A DNA stretch of 44,145 bases from an uncultured Chloroflexota bacterium (GTDB lineage Bacteria > Chloroflexota > Chloroflexia > Chloroflexales > Chloroflexaceae): positions 1 to 44,145 of the forward strand of contig CAIWUD010000043.1 of the NCBI GenBank assembly GCA_903915775.1, read 5' to 3'. The translations under genes were made by a program, and so were the position numbers. The notes beneath the pieces were generated by a model, which was given only the letters and a program-made list of their open reading frames with translations, had not been told where the DNA came from and did not search any database. The number at the start of each line of letters is the position of its first letter. Positions within the stretch are counted from its first letter, which is position 1. This document shows positions 1-8,262 of the stretch, piece after piece.

Positions 1-19
1 GCCCATTGAGGAGCTACCC

Positions 20-781
20 GTGGATCTCCCCCTCTTACTCAACGAGATCACCCGCAACGAGGCGCGTGCCATCGCCGAGCGGGCCCTAGTGGTCCTACCG
101 ACGGGTGCCACTGAGCAGCATGGCCCACACCTGCCGATCGGTACCGACTGTATGCTCGTCGAGGCGGTGGCCCGAGGTGCTGCGGAGCGTGTACGTTCAC
201 GGCTACCGATCTTAGTCGCACCGACGCTGGCCTTTGGCTCATCGCCCCACCACATCCCCTTTGGTGGCACGATGTCGGTCGGCACCGAAACCTACTACCG
301 CCTCCTCTGCGACCTGCTCGAGTCCCTGGTGGCAGGTGGGTTTCGTCGCGTCTTTATCGTCAACGGACATGGTGGGAATAGTGAGCTGGTGCAACTTGCG
401 GCGCGTGATGTGGCACTACGCCGTGAGCTCGCCGTTGCGGTGGGGAGCTACTGGACGATCGCTTGGGAGCGGCTGACTGCAGCTGGTGCAGGCCGGATTG
501 GCCACCTACCCGGGCACGCTGGCATCTTCGAGACGGGCATGATCGCGGCGATTCGCCCCGATCTGGTGCGTGAGCCACGCCCGGCGCGTGCGGTTGATGA
601 GCGGACCAGCCCACCCATGCCCGCTGACCCCTACCGCTTCGAGGTTCATGGCTTCTGGCAGAGCATCGACGGCTACTCTGATCGTCCGGCACTGGCGAAT
701 GCAGAGGATGGACAGCGCTTCCTTGCGGCGGCAATCACCGGAGTGGCCGAGGCGATGGAGGGGTTCTACCAACGGGTGTAG
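20..781 (+). CDS. creatininase / creatinine amidohydrolase family protein
   Basis: Motifs GATEQHGPHLPIGTD, NGHGGN, HAGIFET; GAGGAG RBS before GTG start. Confidence 0.88.
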   Translation: MDLPLLLNEITRNEARAIAERALVVLPTGATEQHGPHLPIGTDCMLVEAVARGAAERVRSRLPILVAPTLAFGSSPHHIPFGGTMSVGTETYYRLLCDLLESLVAGGFRRVFIVNGHGGNSELVQLAARDVALRRELAVAVGSYWTIAWERLTAAGAGRIGHLPGHAGIFETGMIAAIRPDLVREPRPARAVDERTSPPMPADPYRFEVHGFWQSIDGYSDRPALANAEDGQRFLAAAITGVAEAMEGFYQRV

Positions 782-804
782 CCCTTGGTGCGTGAGCTCC
801 CCAC

Positions 805-980
805 CTTGAGCGCCTGATGGAGAGGTTCGATGGCAGCAGCATCTGGCCCCGGCGCCACGCTGGTGAGGAGGTGCGTAATAACATGCGGGGCATCCTCATC
901 ACAACTCTCGGTCACATGCACCTTCCAGTCAATCCGTCGAGGATCAGCCTCCTAGCAGTACCTCGCGAAGCCAACCAGAT
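805..980 (-). pseudogene. transposase remnant, IS1182-like (IS4/IS5 superfamily)
   Basis: Minus strand 927..805 translates WKVHVTESCDEDAPHVITHLLTSVAPGPDAAAIEPLHQALK, resembling the GYKVHLTETCD..PHLITHV.T..A...D block of IS1182-type transposases; WLREV fragment at 959-973; no start, broken frames. Confidence 0.62.
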
Positions 981-1049
981 GCCCTACCAGCGCACGATCA
1001 GCCCATAGGCTGCGCGGCGATACCCGACTGATCGGTGATCCACTTCACT

Positions 1050-1169
1050 CGCGAGGTCAGCCGCGCTGCGCTCCCGGGGGAGGTGTGGCTCGGCTCTCCA
1101 CAAAGAAACCCAACCTAGCTCTGGTAGCACCAGACGGTCACGCCGGCGCAGTCCACAGAGAAACAGCCC
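1050..1169 (+). mobile_element. MITE-like element, degenerate copy (subfamily A), first of tandem pair
   Basis: GGAGGTGTGG..CTCCAC-AAAGAAACCCAACCTAGC..CCAGACGGTCACGCCGGCGCAG aligns to 1173-1299; left end eroded. Confidence 0.6.
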
Positions 1170-1172
1170 TAA

Positions 1173-1299
1173 GGCATGTTTCAAACCAGCTTGACACGCT
1201 TCCGGGAGGTGTGGAGGGCTTCGCCCTCCACACAAACAACCAACCCAGCCCCGGTGCCGCCGGAGTGTCAAGCCGGCGCAGCCGAAACTGAAGCATGCC
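1173..1299 (+). mobile_element. MITE-like element, best-preserved copy (127 bp, subfamily A)
   Basis: TIRs GGCATGTTTCA / TGAAGCATGCC (10/11 match), TAA on both flanks (1170-1172, 1300-1302), internal hairpin GTGTGGAGGGC-TTC-GCCCTCCACAC at 1209-1233. Confidence 0.75.
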
Positions 1300-1715
1300 T
1301 AACGCTCGGGTGCGTATGGCGCGAGCTGACCAAGTAGCCGCACTTCGTCGGTAAAGCCGTGGTTGAGGGCACGTACCACGCCAGCTGCATCAAGAACGAC
1401 GGTTGCCGGTACCGTCATGATGCCGAGTTGGGCTACGAGGTCGCCATGGTCGTCCGCACGCAGGGTCGTGATCTGGGCTGCTGCACCTAGTTGCTGCTGG
1501 AGCCGCGTGAGTGCAGGGGTCTGGCGCGTGCGACACTCGACACACGAGGGGAGCGTAAAGGCGACGACCGCTGGGCGTCCGCTGGGCACCAGCGCGGTGA
1601 ATGGACGCTGAGTGGCGAGCAACTGGAGCCGCTGGGCCAGGAGTCTGCGTAGGAGCAGCCAACCCAGGGCGATGCTACCGCTTAGTGCTAGGAGGATGAG
1701 GAGACGTTCAACCAT
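1299..1715 (-). CDS. membrane-anchored thioredoxin-like protein
   Basis: N-terminal TM helix, CVEC CxxC motif, cis-Pro region TVPATVV; directly follows DUF4395 gene. Confidence 0.75.
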   Translation of the reverse strand: MVERLLILLALSGSIALGWLLLRRLLAQRLQLLATQRPFTALVPSGRPAVVAFTLPSCVECRTRQTPALTRLQQQLGAAAQITTLRADDHGDLVAQLGIMTVPATVVLDAAGVVRALNHGFTDEVRLLGQLAPYAPER

Positions 1716-1718
1716 CAC

Positions 1719-2159
1719 TCACCTCGTAGAGCGCAGACGGGCGAGCTGGAGGTAGATGAAGCAGCCAGCACAGAAGCCGAAGAGTAGATTGACCGCGGCA
1801 AGCCCGATGACCAAGAGGGTCAGGGCCCAACCAGCCAGGCTCAGCCCGCTGAAGAGGGCAAGGCTGGCAAGAACGAGCACCCCAGCCCCCATGCCCTGGG
1901 CGAAGCGGTGCGGTGCACCACGCTCATCCTGTAGATCGGGGCGCAGGAGCCCAGCGGGGCGCAGGAGGTCGCGATAGATGCGCTGGAAGAGTGCGAGCTG
2001 AGGGCTGAGCGTTCCAAGGGTCATCACTGCGGCAACGAGGGCGACAAGCCAGGGTAGGTTCGCTACAAAGGCGATGGCCAGGAGCAGGATGATCATCGCC
2101 TGGTTGACCTTCAGTGCCGTACGGTCAACGCCTGTGGGATATGAATTTGTTGCTGCCAT
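1719..2159 (-). CDS. DUF4395 domain membrane protein
   Basis: VDR..LKVNQ, P.RFAQGMG and FGFCAGCFIY motifs; ATG at 2159 with GGAG RBS. Confidence 0.8.
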   Translation of the reverse strand: MAATNSYPTGVDRTALKVNQAMIILLLAIAFVANLPWLVALVAAVMTLGTLSPQLALFQRIYRDLLRPAGLLRPDLQDERGAPHRFAQGMGAGVLVLASLALFSGLSLAGWALTLLVIGLAAVNLLFGFCAGCFIYLQLARLRSTR

Positions 2160-2254
2160 AGAGAACTCCAGGTAGTTGGGAGCTAGCTGCTTAGGCCTGG
2201 GCCGCGTGCACCTTGTACGCACCATCCCAGTAACCTTGCGCTCGTACCTTCTCT

Positions 2255-2311
2255 ATCGTAGCGCAAACTTGCCGTTTGTCAAGTTATTTTATCTATTTTG
2301 TAGACAAATGG
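2255..2311 (-). promoter_or_regulatory. sigma70-type promoter for DUF4395-trx with AT-rich UP element and overlapping inverted repeat
   Basis: Minus strand TTGACA (2282-2277) N16 TACGAT (2260-2255); upstream AAAATAGATAAAATAAC; IR GCCGTTTGTC-N22-GACAAATGGC. Confidence 0.55.
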
Positions 2312-2326
2312 CGAAAAAAGACTGGC

Positions 2327-5300
2327 TTAGGGATCAGGGAGGTTATCCTCTCTGAAGCGCACTCGCAGAGTCTTGATCTCGAAGGGGCGAACCGTGCAGC
2401 GCACGACATGCCCTTCGCAATCAACCGGACCGCGGGTACGCTCCAACAGGTCGGTCTCTTCGGCGTCCCGCACCGGTCGGTCGAAGGTGAGCGCGACCGC
2501 CCCGCGCTGGTTGTGGGCCTCGTAGAGCCGGACGATCAGCCCATCACCATCGTCCGCCGTCTTTATTGTCTCGGCCACGACGTGGTCAGCCGACAGCGTG
2601 AGGAACGAATGCACCGCGTTCACGGTGTTTGCCACAGTTACGCCCGAATCACCTGGCGGCGTGTAGACCATGAGCGGCGCGTTCAACTCGTAGGCCCGCC
2701 GCACCACCTGGGCTGCGCGCCAATCGCCGGCGTGAGGGTAGAGGCTGTAGGTGAAACGATGCCACCCGCGGTCGGCGTCCGGGTCGGGGAAGATGGCGCC
2801 CTTGAGCAGCGAGATGCCGACCGTACTACCGAGAAAGCTGTGGCCGTACAGTCCATCATTGAGTAGGGCTACGCCGTAGCCGCCCTCACTCAGGTCGACC
2901 CAACGGTGGGCACAGACCTCGAAGCGCGCCCGATCCCAACTTGTATTGCGGTGAGTAGACCGCTCGATCGCACCGAACTGGATCTCGCATGTGGCCCGGA
3001 CAGCATTGAGGTTGAGCGGGAAGAGCGCCCGTAGCAGCATCTGCCGTTCTTGCCATGCTACCTCGGTGATGATATCGATACGACGATTGCCGCGCCATAG
3101 ACAGATCCGCTGCGTCAGTTCGCTCCGGCCGAAACGTCGCCTGATGCTGATAGCCGCACGGATCGGCCCCGTCTCTGCCACCTCCCAGTCAAACAACTCG
3201 TGGACAGGGTAGGGCTTCTGCTCGTAGAACGGGTCGATATCCCAGGCGTCCCACTCGAGCGGGCGATCCTCGTAGAGCACGAGTTGGTTCAATGTGCGTC
3301 CCGGCGGCACCAACTCACGCTCGTAGCGCCGGTCGTAGAGTGAGCAGATCTCGCCATGCTCGTCCAGCACCAACTCTAGCTCGTCATTCGCGAGCCGGTT
3401 ACGGGCAACCTGAAGCATCCCTCGGGTCGGACGCGCCGTCAGTTGAACCGGGATGGTCGTGAGTCCAAAGCTAGGGACCGTTACGTCGAGTAACAACTCC
3501 GGTCGCTCTGGTCGCTCGGTGATCACCTGAGTGGCAGGGTGGTCCACCCACGTGGACGCTTCGTCCACCCCTAGCGGGAGCCGCACGGCCTCGATCCGCT
3601 CCCAGGGTAGGCTGTTGATGACAAGTGGCCCGGCGGGGAGCCCGGCCGTTAGGGAGGCGAGAGAGGCCACCGACACCTCCTCGCCAATGGCGCGGGCGTC
3701 GGCATAGCCGGCGTGGGCATCGGCATACACTGCGGCGATACTGCTGCCGGGTAGGATATCGTGGAACTGGTTGAGCAGGATCATGCGCCAACCCTCGTCG
3801 AGCCGCGCCTGTCGACACGTCGCCCCGGTGAGTGTTGCCCAGGCATTGAGCCACTCGGCCTGGCGGTACTGGAGCTCGGCGGCGCGGTTGGCCCGCTTCA
3901 CCCCGGCTTGGCTGGTGTAGGTGCCGCGATGGTACTCGAAGTAGAGTTCGCCGACCCAGGTCGGTAGGCGCGGGTCGTCCCACACCCGCCGGTACAGGTC
4001 GACGAAGAACTGGTCAGCGCGGCCATGGCGAATCCGTGGTAACCCGGGCACGGACCGCAGCACAGCGAGCGTCTCCAACATCTCCTCGTTGGGGCCACCA
4101 CCACCGTCGGCGTGGCCAAAGAGGGCCATCAGTTCGTCGGTGAGCCCCTGGTGCCGGTAGTGACGCCATACACCGGCCGCCTCGCCCGCCCCTAGCGGCC
4201 CGCCGTAGGCGAACCAGTGTGGCTCACTCGGGTGGCGGGCCGGCCCGGCGGAGGTCGTGAGTAGGTGTGCCAGCACCTCGGAGCCGTCGATGCCACGCCA
4301 GCGGAAAGTGTCGGCGGGGTAGCGATTAGTCTGGTTCCAGCTGAGCTTGGTGGTCATGAAGCAGCTGACACCGCAGCCGCGTAGGATCTGGGGCAGGACT
4401 CCGCTGAAGCCGAACACGTCAGGCAGCCAGACCATGTGGGGTGGGTTCATCGCCTCACCGTAGCGCTCAGGAAACTCCTCCGCCAGAAAGCGCCGCCCAT
4501 GGGCGAACTGGCGGATCAGCGCCTCACCAGATGGCAGGTTGCAGTCGGACTCGACCCACATCATGCCCACGGGCTCGAAGCGGCCCTCAGCTACGCGCTG
4601 CTTGAGTCGGGCGTAGAGTGCCGGGTCGTCATGCTTCAGGTAGGCGTAGACCTGGGGTTGGCTCATGCTGAAGTAGTAGTCGGGGTAGCGCTCCATGAGT
4701 TGGAGTGCGCTCGCCACGGTGTGGGCAACCTTCTGGCGCGTGCGCCAGAGTGGCCAGAGCCAGGCGACGTCTAGGTGGCCGTGGCCACTGGTGAGGATCG
4801 TAGGGCCTGTGGCCGGCAGCGTATCGAGGGCACGCAACTCCGTGTCGAGCTCGTCCAGAGCGGCGGTGGCCGAGGCAGCGAAACGTTCGCTCTGCCAGCC
4901 CTCGCGGAGGTCGAGGGCTTGGTAGGCGCGGCCGAGTGCCCCGAGTAGGCGATGGCGCATGGGCAGGTCGGTGGCCATGGTACGCGCAGCGTCTAGCAGG
5001 GCGCGCATGGTGTGACCAAGTCGGAAGATCGCCTCGTCGCGCAGTTGCAACTCCACGCCGCCGAATGGCCGGGGGAAGGCTACTGCGCAGCGGATGAGCA
5101 GCGCTCCGCCACGCTCGTGGGTCTCTGGCGGGAGTAAGGCGGTACGGTGACCCCAGTCCAGGCCAGCGAGGGCAGCGCCATCTAGATAGACGATCGACTC
5201 GACCTGGTCGAGTCGGTTGCCGACCCAACCCAGGGTGAGGTGGACAGAGCGGCCCCGCCATGGGGGTGGCACCTCCAGCCGGAAGGATAGCCAGTGGGTG

Positions 5301-5566
5301 CTACCGCCGGTCGGGGCAATCTCCCAGTCGAGACGGGGCGGTTCCCAGTCCGGAGCATCACCGGGGGCCATGCCCCAGCGCTCACCGGGGGTGATTCGCT
5401 GCCAGGCGGGGTTGTCAGGTGGTGGTGGCGCGCCCATCGCGGCGGCGTCACGGTCGCCGGATCCGGGGCAGGTCCAGACTTCGGTGATAGGGGCCCGCTC
5501 GCGCACAGCCGCTGCGAGGATCTCCGGGATACGCCGGTCGAACTGGGCTTCCAGCAGGTCATTCAT
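2327..5566 (-). CDS. alpha-mannosidase, glycoside hydrolase family 38 (class 2C-like)
   Basis: GHGHLDVAWLW, WLPDVFG (nucleophile), GHADGGGGP, YFEYHRGTYTSQ, NQFHDILPGSSI motifs; 1079 aa, no signal peptide. Confidence 0.92.
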   Translation of the reverse strand: MNDLLEAQFDRRIPEILAAAVRERAPITEVWTCPGSGDRDAAAMGAPPPPDNPAWQRITPGERWGMAPGDAPDWEPPRLDWEIAPTGGSTHWLSFRLEVPPPWRGRSVHLTLGWVGNRLDQVESIVYLDGAALAGLDWGHRTALLPPETHERGGALLIRCAVAFPRPFGGVELQLRDEAIFRLGHTMRALLDAARTMATDLPMRHRLLGALGRAYQALDLREGWQSERFAASATAALDELDTELRALDTLPATGPTILTSGHGHLDVAWLWPLWRTRQKVAHTVASALQLMERYPDYYFSMSQPQVYAYLKHDDPALYARLKQRVAEGRFEPVGMMWVESDCNLPSGEALIRQFAHGRRFLAEEFPERYGEAMNPPHMVWLPDVFGFSGVLPQILRGCGVSCFMTTKLSWNQTNRYPADTFRWRGIDGSEVLAHLLTTSAGPARHPSEPHWFAYGGPLGAGEAAGVWRHYRHQGLTDELMALFGHADGGGGPNEEMLETLAVLRSVPGLPRIRHGRADQFFVDLYRRVWDDPRLPTWVGELYFEYHRGTYTSQAGVKRANRAAELQYRQAEWLNAWATLTGATCRQARLDEGWRMILLNQFHDILPGSSIAAVYADAHAGYADARAIGEEVSVASLASLTAGLPAGPLVINSLPWERIEAVRLPLGVDEASTWVDHPATQVITERPERPELLLDVTVPSFGLTTIPVQLTARPTRGMLQVARNRLANDELELVLDEHGEICSLYDRRYERELVPPGRTLNQLVLYEDRPLEWDAWDIDPFYEQKPYPVHELFDWEVAETGPIRAAISIRRRFGRSELTQRICLWRGNRRIDIITEVAWQERQMLLRALFPLNLNAVRATCEIQFGAIERSTHRNTSWDRARFEVCAHRWVDLSEGGYGVALLNDGLYGHSFLGSTVGISLLKGAIFPDPDADRGWHRFTYSLYPHAGDWRAAQVVRRAYELNAPLMVYTPPGDSGVTVANTVNAVHSFLTLSADHVVAETIKTADDGDGLIVRLYEAHNQRGAVALTFDRPVRDAEETDLLERTRGPVDCEGHVVRCTVRPFEIKTLRVRFREDNLPDP

Positions 5567-5626
5567 GACGAAACCTCGAGCGCTGTTGCAATCAGCATAC
5601 CAGGTAGGGTATGGTTCAGACCCGGC

Positions 5627-6511
5627 TCACTCCTTCACGGCACCCGAGGTGAGACCACCGGCAATCTGATCTTGGAGCAGCAGGTAGACGATCATGATCG
5701 GCAGGGCTCCGATCAGCGCCCCAGCGGAGAATTGGCCCCAATTCTGCGCAAACTGGTTATCGGTGAAGAGCGCTAAGCCAACCATGAGCGTATAGTTCTC
5801 GGCTCTGGAGAGCAGAATACGGGCTAGCACAAATTCACCATAGGTGCCAATGAAGGCTAGGATGCCGACGACGACCAGGATGGGGCGCAGCAGCGGCAGG
5901 AGGAGTTGGGTGAAGATCTGCCAGTTCGTGGCTCCGTCGACCATCGCAGCTTCGTCGATAGCACGGGGAATAGTGTCCAGAAAGCCTTTGATCAGCCAGA
6001 TATTGATCCCCATGGAACCACCGAGGTAGACCAGGATCAGCCCGGCATGGGTTTCGAGGCCAAGCCAGGGGACAATTTTGCCCGTCTGCTGGATCATGAG
6101 GTAGATGGCAACGAGGGCGAGCAGGTTGGGGAAGATCTGGATCAGCATGATCGCCTTCAGCATGGTGATGCGTCCGGCAAAGCGTAGGCGCGAGAAGGCA
6201 TACGCCGCCATGGTCGTGATCGAGAGGGAGAGCAGGGTAGTGATAGTGGCGATCTTGACCGAATTCCAGATCCAGCGCCAAAAGGGCATGAGCGGATCGC
6301 TCAACAGCTTCTCAAAGTTTACTAAGCCAGCATTGGGCGGGATCAGGCGTTGCGAGCCAAGCTGACTGGTGGGATCTAACGCTGCTGAAACGATCCAGGC
6401 CACGGGAAAGAGGGCAAAAAGGACCATGACGATCGCGAGGATCACCTTGATCAGCAGGATCATGCCCCTGCTGAATAGTCGCGACCTTCGTACGTATTGA
6501 GCACTACGCAT
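5627..6511 (-). CDS. malG: maltose/maltodextrin-type ABC permease
   Basis: AYAFSRLRFAGR, IQIFP, EAA loop IPRAIDEAAMVDGA, GLTSGAVK C-terminus. Confidence 0.85.
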   Translation of the reverse strand: MRSAQYVRRSRLFSRGMILLIKVILAIVMVLFALFPVAWIVSAALDPTSQLGSQRLIPPNAGLVNFEKLLSDPLMPFWRWIWNSVKIATITTLLSLSITTMAAYAFSRLRFAGRITMLKAIMLIQIFPNLLALVAIYLMIQQTGKIVPWLGLETHAGLILVYLGGSMGINIWLIKGFLDTIPRAIDEAAMVDGATNWQIFTQLLLPLLRPILVVVGILAFIGTYGEFVLARILLSRAENYTLMVGLALFTDNQFAQNWGQFSAGALIGALPIMIVYLLLQDQIAGGLTSGAVKE

Positions 6512-8093
6512 TTCTACTCATCTCTTCCCACATGTTGGTGAAGCGAAACTGAATGAGGGTCAGGGTTGCCACGATGCTGAAGACGACAATGCTGATTGCG
6601 GAGGCTAATCCATACTGGACGCCACGTCCGCCGGAGGCGAAAGCTAGTTTATAGACGTAGCTGATCAGGATGTCTGTATGCCCAGCCTGGGTGGTTGCGC
6701 CAACAATCGGTGGGCCGCCACCGATGAAGAGGTAGATCAGCCCAAAGTTGTTGAAGTTGTAGATGTAGGAGGCGATCAGGAGGGGGCCAACGGCGACCAG
6801 GAGCAGCGGCAGGGTGATCGTACGAAACGCTTGCCAGCTACTCGCTCCGTCGATGGTGGCCGCTTCGTAGAGGTCTGCGGGGATGGAGCGCAGGGCGCCG
6901 CTACTGATCAGCATGAAGTAGGGGTACCCGAGCCACAGATTGATGAGTAGAATGGCTGCTTGCGCCCAGATGGGCTCGCTCGTCCAGGGTGGAGAAAAAC
7001 CGAGCAGCGATCGTGTGAGTTGATTGATAATGCCTAAGTCGGGGTTCATCATGCCCCGCCAGATCAGGATGGTGATGACCGTCGGGATGGTGTAGGGGAC
7101 AAGGAGCAGGGTGCGAAAGAGGCGCTTGAAGGGCATAGCGGCATCGTTGAAGAGCAGCGCGATGGCCAACCCTAGGCTGAAGGTGCTCACCACACTCAGG
7201 AGTGGAAAGATGATGTTCCAGGTCAGGATCTGGAGGAGTGGACCGCGTAACGCCTGACTCTGCAGAAAATCGCTGAAGTTCCGCACGCCGACGAACGACT
7301 GGTAACCGGGAACAATCTGCTTGCCGCTCGTACGCGAGGTGTAGGTACCATCGATAGCGTAGAAGATCTCACCACTCTCCTGGTCGGTGAGGCTATTCGT
7401 AGCGCTATCGTAGACGTAGCGGGGTCTGAGTTCAGCAGCCTCTGATGGGGAACGGATCTGGATCGTTTGCCCCTCCACACCAAACTTGATCTGGGGGAGT
7501 TTGGCGTCGGTTGCGGCGAGGATAGGGTTGAGGCGGGTAAAACCTTCGATGCTCTTGGGAATACCGTTGGCATCAGCCTCGCCAATCCCCGGATCACCCG
7601 CTTTGGCCGCCACAGGGGCACTTCCCTCACGCACAAGGTAGCTCTGCCCATCCTGGTCCTGCAACCAGAGGACGTAGTTCCCATCGGGGGATTGGTAGGC
7701 CGTCCAGCGGTACGCTTTTCCCGTCTTTGGCAGGTAGCTCTCGCGCTGAATCACCTCTAACGCCTGCGCCTGGCTGAGCAGATGCCCATCACCATAGTTG
7801 GTAAAGGCGATGGAGATTGTGAAGATCAGGGGGTAGACGGTGAAGAGGATCATGAAGGCGAGCCCGATCACCATCCAGCGGTAGGGCGAAGCCCAGGAGA
7901 AGATCAGAATGACATTGACCAGGATTGAGACGGTTGTAACAACCCCGGCCAGCTGCATATACCCCAACTGCAGTGCTTGGTATATGAACCCAATGACACC
8001 GAAGTTGAACGTGAGGATAAAAAACCAGCGAATAAGGCTGAAGAATGGGGTCTGCTGGGTTTTTGGTGGGTTGAAGGTGCTGGTTGCGCTCAT
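6504..8093 (-). CDS. malF: maltose/maltodextrin-type ABC permease with large extracytoplasmic loop
   Basis: IAFTNYGDGHLL, NLWLGYPYF, EAATIDGA, FNFNNF-like YNFNNF, TDILISYVY motifs. Confidence 0.85.
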   Translation of the reverse strand: MSATSTFNPPKTQQTPFFSLIRWFFILTFNFGVIGFIYQALQLGYMQLAGVVTTVSILVNVILIFSWASPYRWMVIGLAFMILFTVYPLIFTISIAFTNYGDGHLLSQAQALEVIQRESYLPKTGKAYRWTAYQSPDGNYVLWLQDQDGQSYLVREGSAPVAAKAGDPGIGEADANGIPKSIEGFTRLNPILAATDAKLPQIKFGVEGQTIQIRSPSEAAELRPRYVYDSATNSLTDQESGEIFYAIDGTYTSRTSGKQIVPGYQSFVGVRNFSDFLQSQALRGPLLQILTWNIIFPLLSVVSTFSLGLAIALLFNDAAMPFKRLFRTLLLVPYTIPTVITILIWRGMMNPDLGIINQLTRSLLGFSPPWTSEPIWAQAAILLINLWLGYPYFMLISSGALRSIPADLYEAATIDGASSWQAFRTITLPLLLVAVGPLLIASYIYNFNNFGLIYLFIGGGPPIVGATTQAGHTDILISYVYKLAFASGGRGVQYGLASAISIVVFSIVATLTLIQFRFTNMWEEMSRNA

Positions 8094-8121
8094 GAAGTAA
8101 CTTTGCGTTCTGTAGAATGGT

Positions 8122-8262
8122 GGGCTAGCAACGGTTTACATGTCTCCCGGGTGGAACCAGCGTTGGGTGCAGTCCCGTTGTGGAGGGCAGTGCTTCCCAT
8201 ACCTCCCGTAGGCTTAGGACGCGGCCGGAGCTACCACTCCGGCCGCGCTGAACGAACGAACC
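8122..8262 (-). mobile_element. MITE-like element (subfamily B) with inserted 11-bp hairpin, between malE and malF
   Basis: 8134-8222 aligns to 36490-36578 and, reverse-complemented, to 42612-42699; starts at the G of the malE TAG; hairpin CGCGGCCGGAG-CTACCA-CTCCGGCCGCG at 8220-8247. Confidence 0.65.

Noticed and set aside
20-781. mftE, or the formamide hydrolase of the pterin-like cluster
   Set aside because: No mycofactocin genes visible, and it lies 15 kb from the cluster; upstream context is outside the window.
2160-2250. Cys-rich leader peptide or riboswitch before DUF4395
   Set aside because: No poly-Cys ORF and no recognisable aptamer; the upstream ATG is simply in frame with the gene.
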